A stretch of DNA of 64,000 nucleotides, from IMG/VR virus record IMGVR_UViG_3300020036_004254; one strand, written 5' to 3'. The translations under genes and the position numbers were made by a program. Position 1 is the first letter of the stretch. Each line of letters opens with the position of its first letter. Of the stretch, positions 63,158-64,000 are shown piece after piece. Source of the DNA: a virus (Duplodnaviria; Caudoviricetes). The notes beneath the pieces are model-generated. The model searched no databases. It was not told where the DNA came from and worked only from the letters and a program-made list of their open reading frames with translations.

Positions 63158-63793
63158 ATGAATAACGATATGTACATTGAACTGTTGGAAAAGGAAGTGG
63201 AAAGACTCAAGCGTGAGCTATTACTTCTTAAAGAAGGGATGGTGGAAGTCGAAACCAAAGCTCCGCACTTAACTCTCATCAAGCCTCTTTTTGCACCAGA
63301 TGTTATTCCATCATTGGTGGTTGCGGAACCAAAGACAGAAACACCAAGTACCATTTTGGAAGTTGCAAAGGATTTTCTTGATGTTTCAACGGCCAAAGAT
63401 ATTCCGGTAGAGCGGTTTGATGCCATGTTTGAACAAGGCAAAATCATCATCGAAACGGACAACCATGGGTTTACTCCTTCATGGGGTGTGTGGTTTGATT
63501 CAGACGCAGTGCTTCATGTTCCAAAAGGAGCTACGCCGTGTTTTGAATTAGTTCGTGGTTGTTCTGGGTACGCGCTTGCCGAGTCCTTTATGTTCGAGGG
63601 ACTGGTTTACAACATGGATAAACGGGCACCAAAAATGTTTTCCACGGTTGGGGAAATGCGAGAGTACGCCGAGACGTTGTTTGCGGTGTTCTTGGCCTAT
63701 GTCTGGGTGTCACCCCTTGACAAAGTCACTCCCCGGTATTTCATTCTCGGGTGTCAGAAGGAAGATGGATTCATCCCAACCCATGGACTATGA
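63158..63793 (+). CDS. Hypothetical protein
   Basis: GGAG RBS, 211 aa. Confidence 0.65.
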   Translation: MNNDMYIELLEKEVERLKRELLLLKEGMVEVETKAPHLTLIKPLFAPDVIPSLVVAEPKTETPSTILEVAKDFLDVSTAKDIPVERFDAMFEQGKIIIETDNHGFTPSWGVWFDSDAVLHVPKGATPCFELVRGCSGYALAESFMFEGLVYNMDKRAPKMFSTVGEMREYAETLFAVFLAYVWVSPLDKVTPRYFILGCQKEDGFIPTHGL

Positions 63794-64000
63794 GTAACAG
63801 CACTGTTGAAATTGAGCGTAAGTACACCGCAAAGATTATCGGGGCAATCCCGGTTCATGAGGTGGTGTGGTCTACACAAGGGTATATCGCCGTTCGTCCC
63901 AAATGGGAGTGGCGTATTCGAAAGCTGGACAAAAAAGATAAGGATGGCTGGATTCGGCACACGTGGTATACGGCCATTAAGATTGGGAATGGGTTTGTTC
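63790..64000 (+). CDS. Hypothetical protein (runs off window)
   Basis: ATGA overlap with previous ORF; open to the window end. Confidence 0.5.
   Translation, partial: MSNSTVEIERKYTAKIIGAIPVHEVVWSTQGYIAVRPKWEWRIRKLDKKDKDGWIRHTWYTAIKIGNGFV

Overview
A 64-kb segment of a T4-like myovirus genome with cyanophage/pelagiphage-like core gene order, standard genetic code and almost all genes on the + strand. 1-9.7 kb is the tail/head module (gp19, gp20, gp21, gp22, gp23, gp3). 9.9-28.8 kb is recombination/replication/transcription (uvsY, uvsW, gp55, gp47/46, gp45/44/62, regA, gp43, uvsX, gp41) with auxiliary genes (peptide deformylase, ClpP-like, QueD-like, SGNH). 30-37 kb holds a lysis cassette and probable internal/virion proteins. 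37-48.7 kb holds primase, ThyX, class II RNR, thioredoxin, GIY-YIG nuclease, RNase H and ligase. 49-63.2 kb is an RNA island: about 24 tRNAs without encoded CCA, about 7 aberrant tRNA-shaped RNAs, a ~1-kb GOLLD-like ncRNA, many other structured ncRNA candidates, a 16S rRNA helix-11 fragment and four free-standing endonuclease ORFs. Most striking: (i) a gp46/Rad50 whose coiled coil carries three extra CxxC motifs mirrored by three HxxxH motifs (possible intramolecular zinc staples), (ii) the tRNA-mimic/ncRNA island, (iii) a prohead-protease paralogue lacking the catalytic His. All calls are by eye; no database search or folding program was run.
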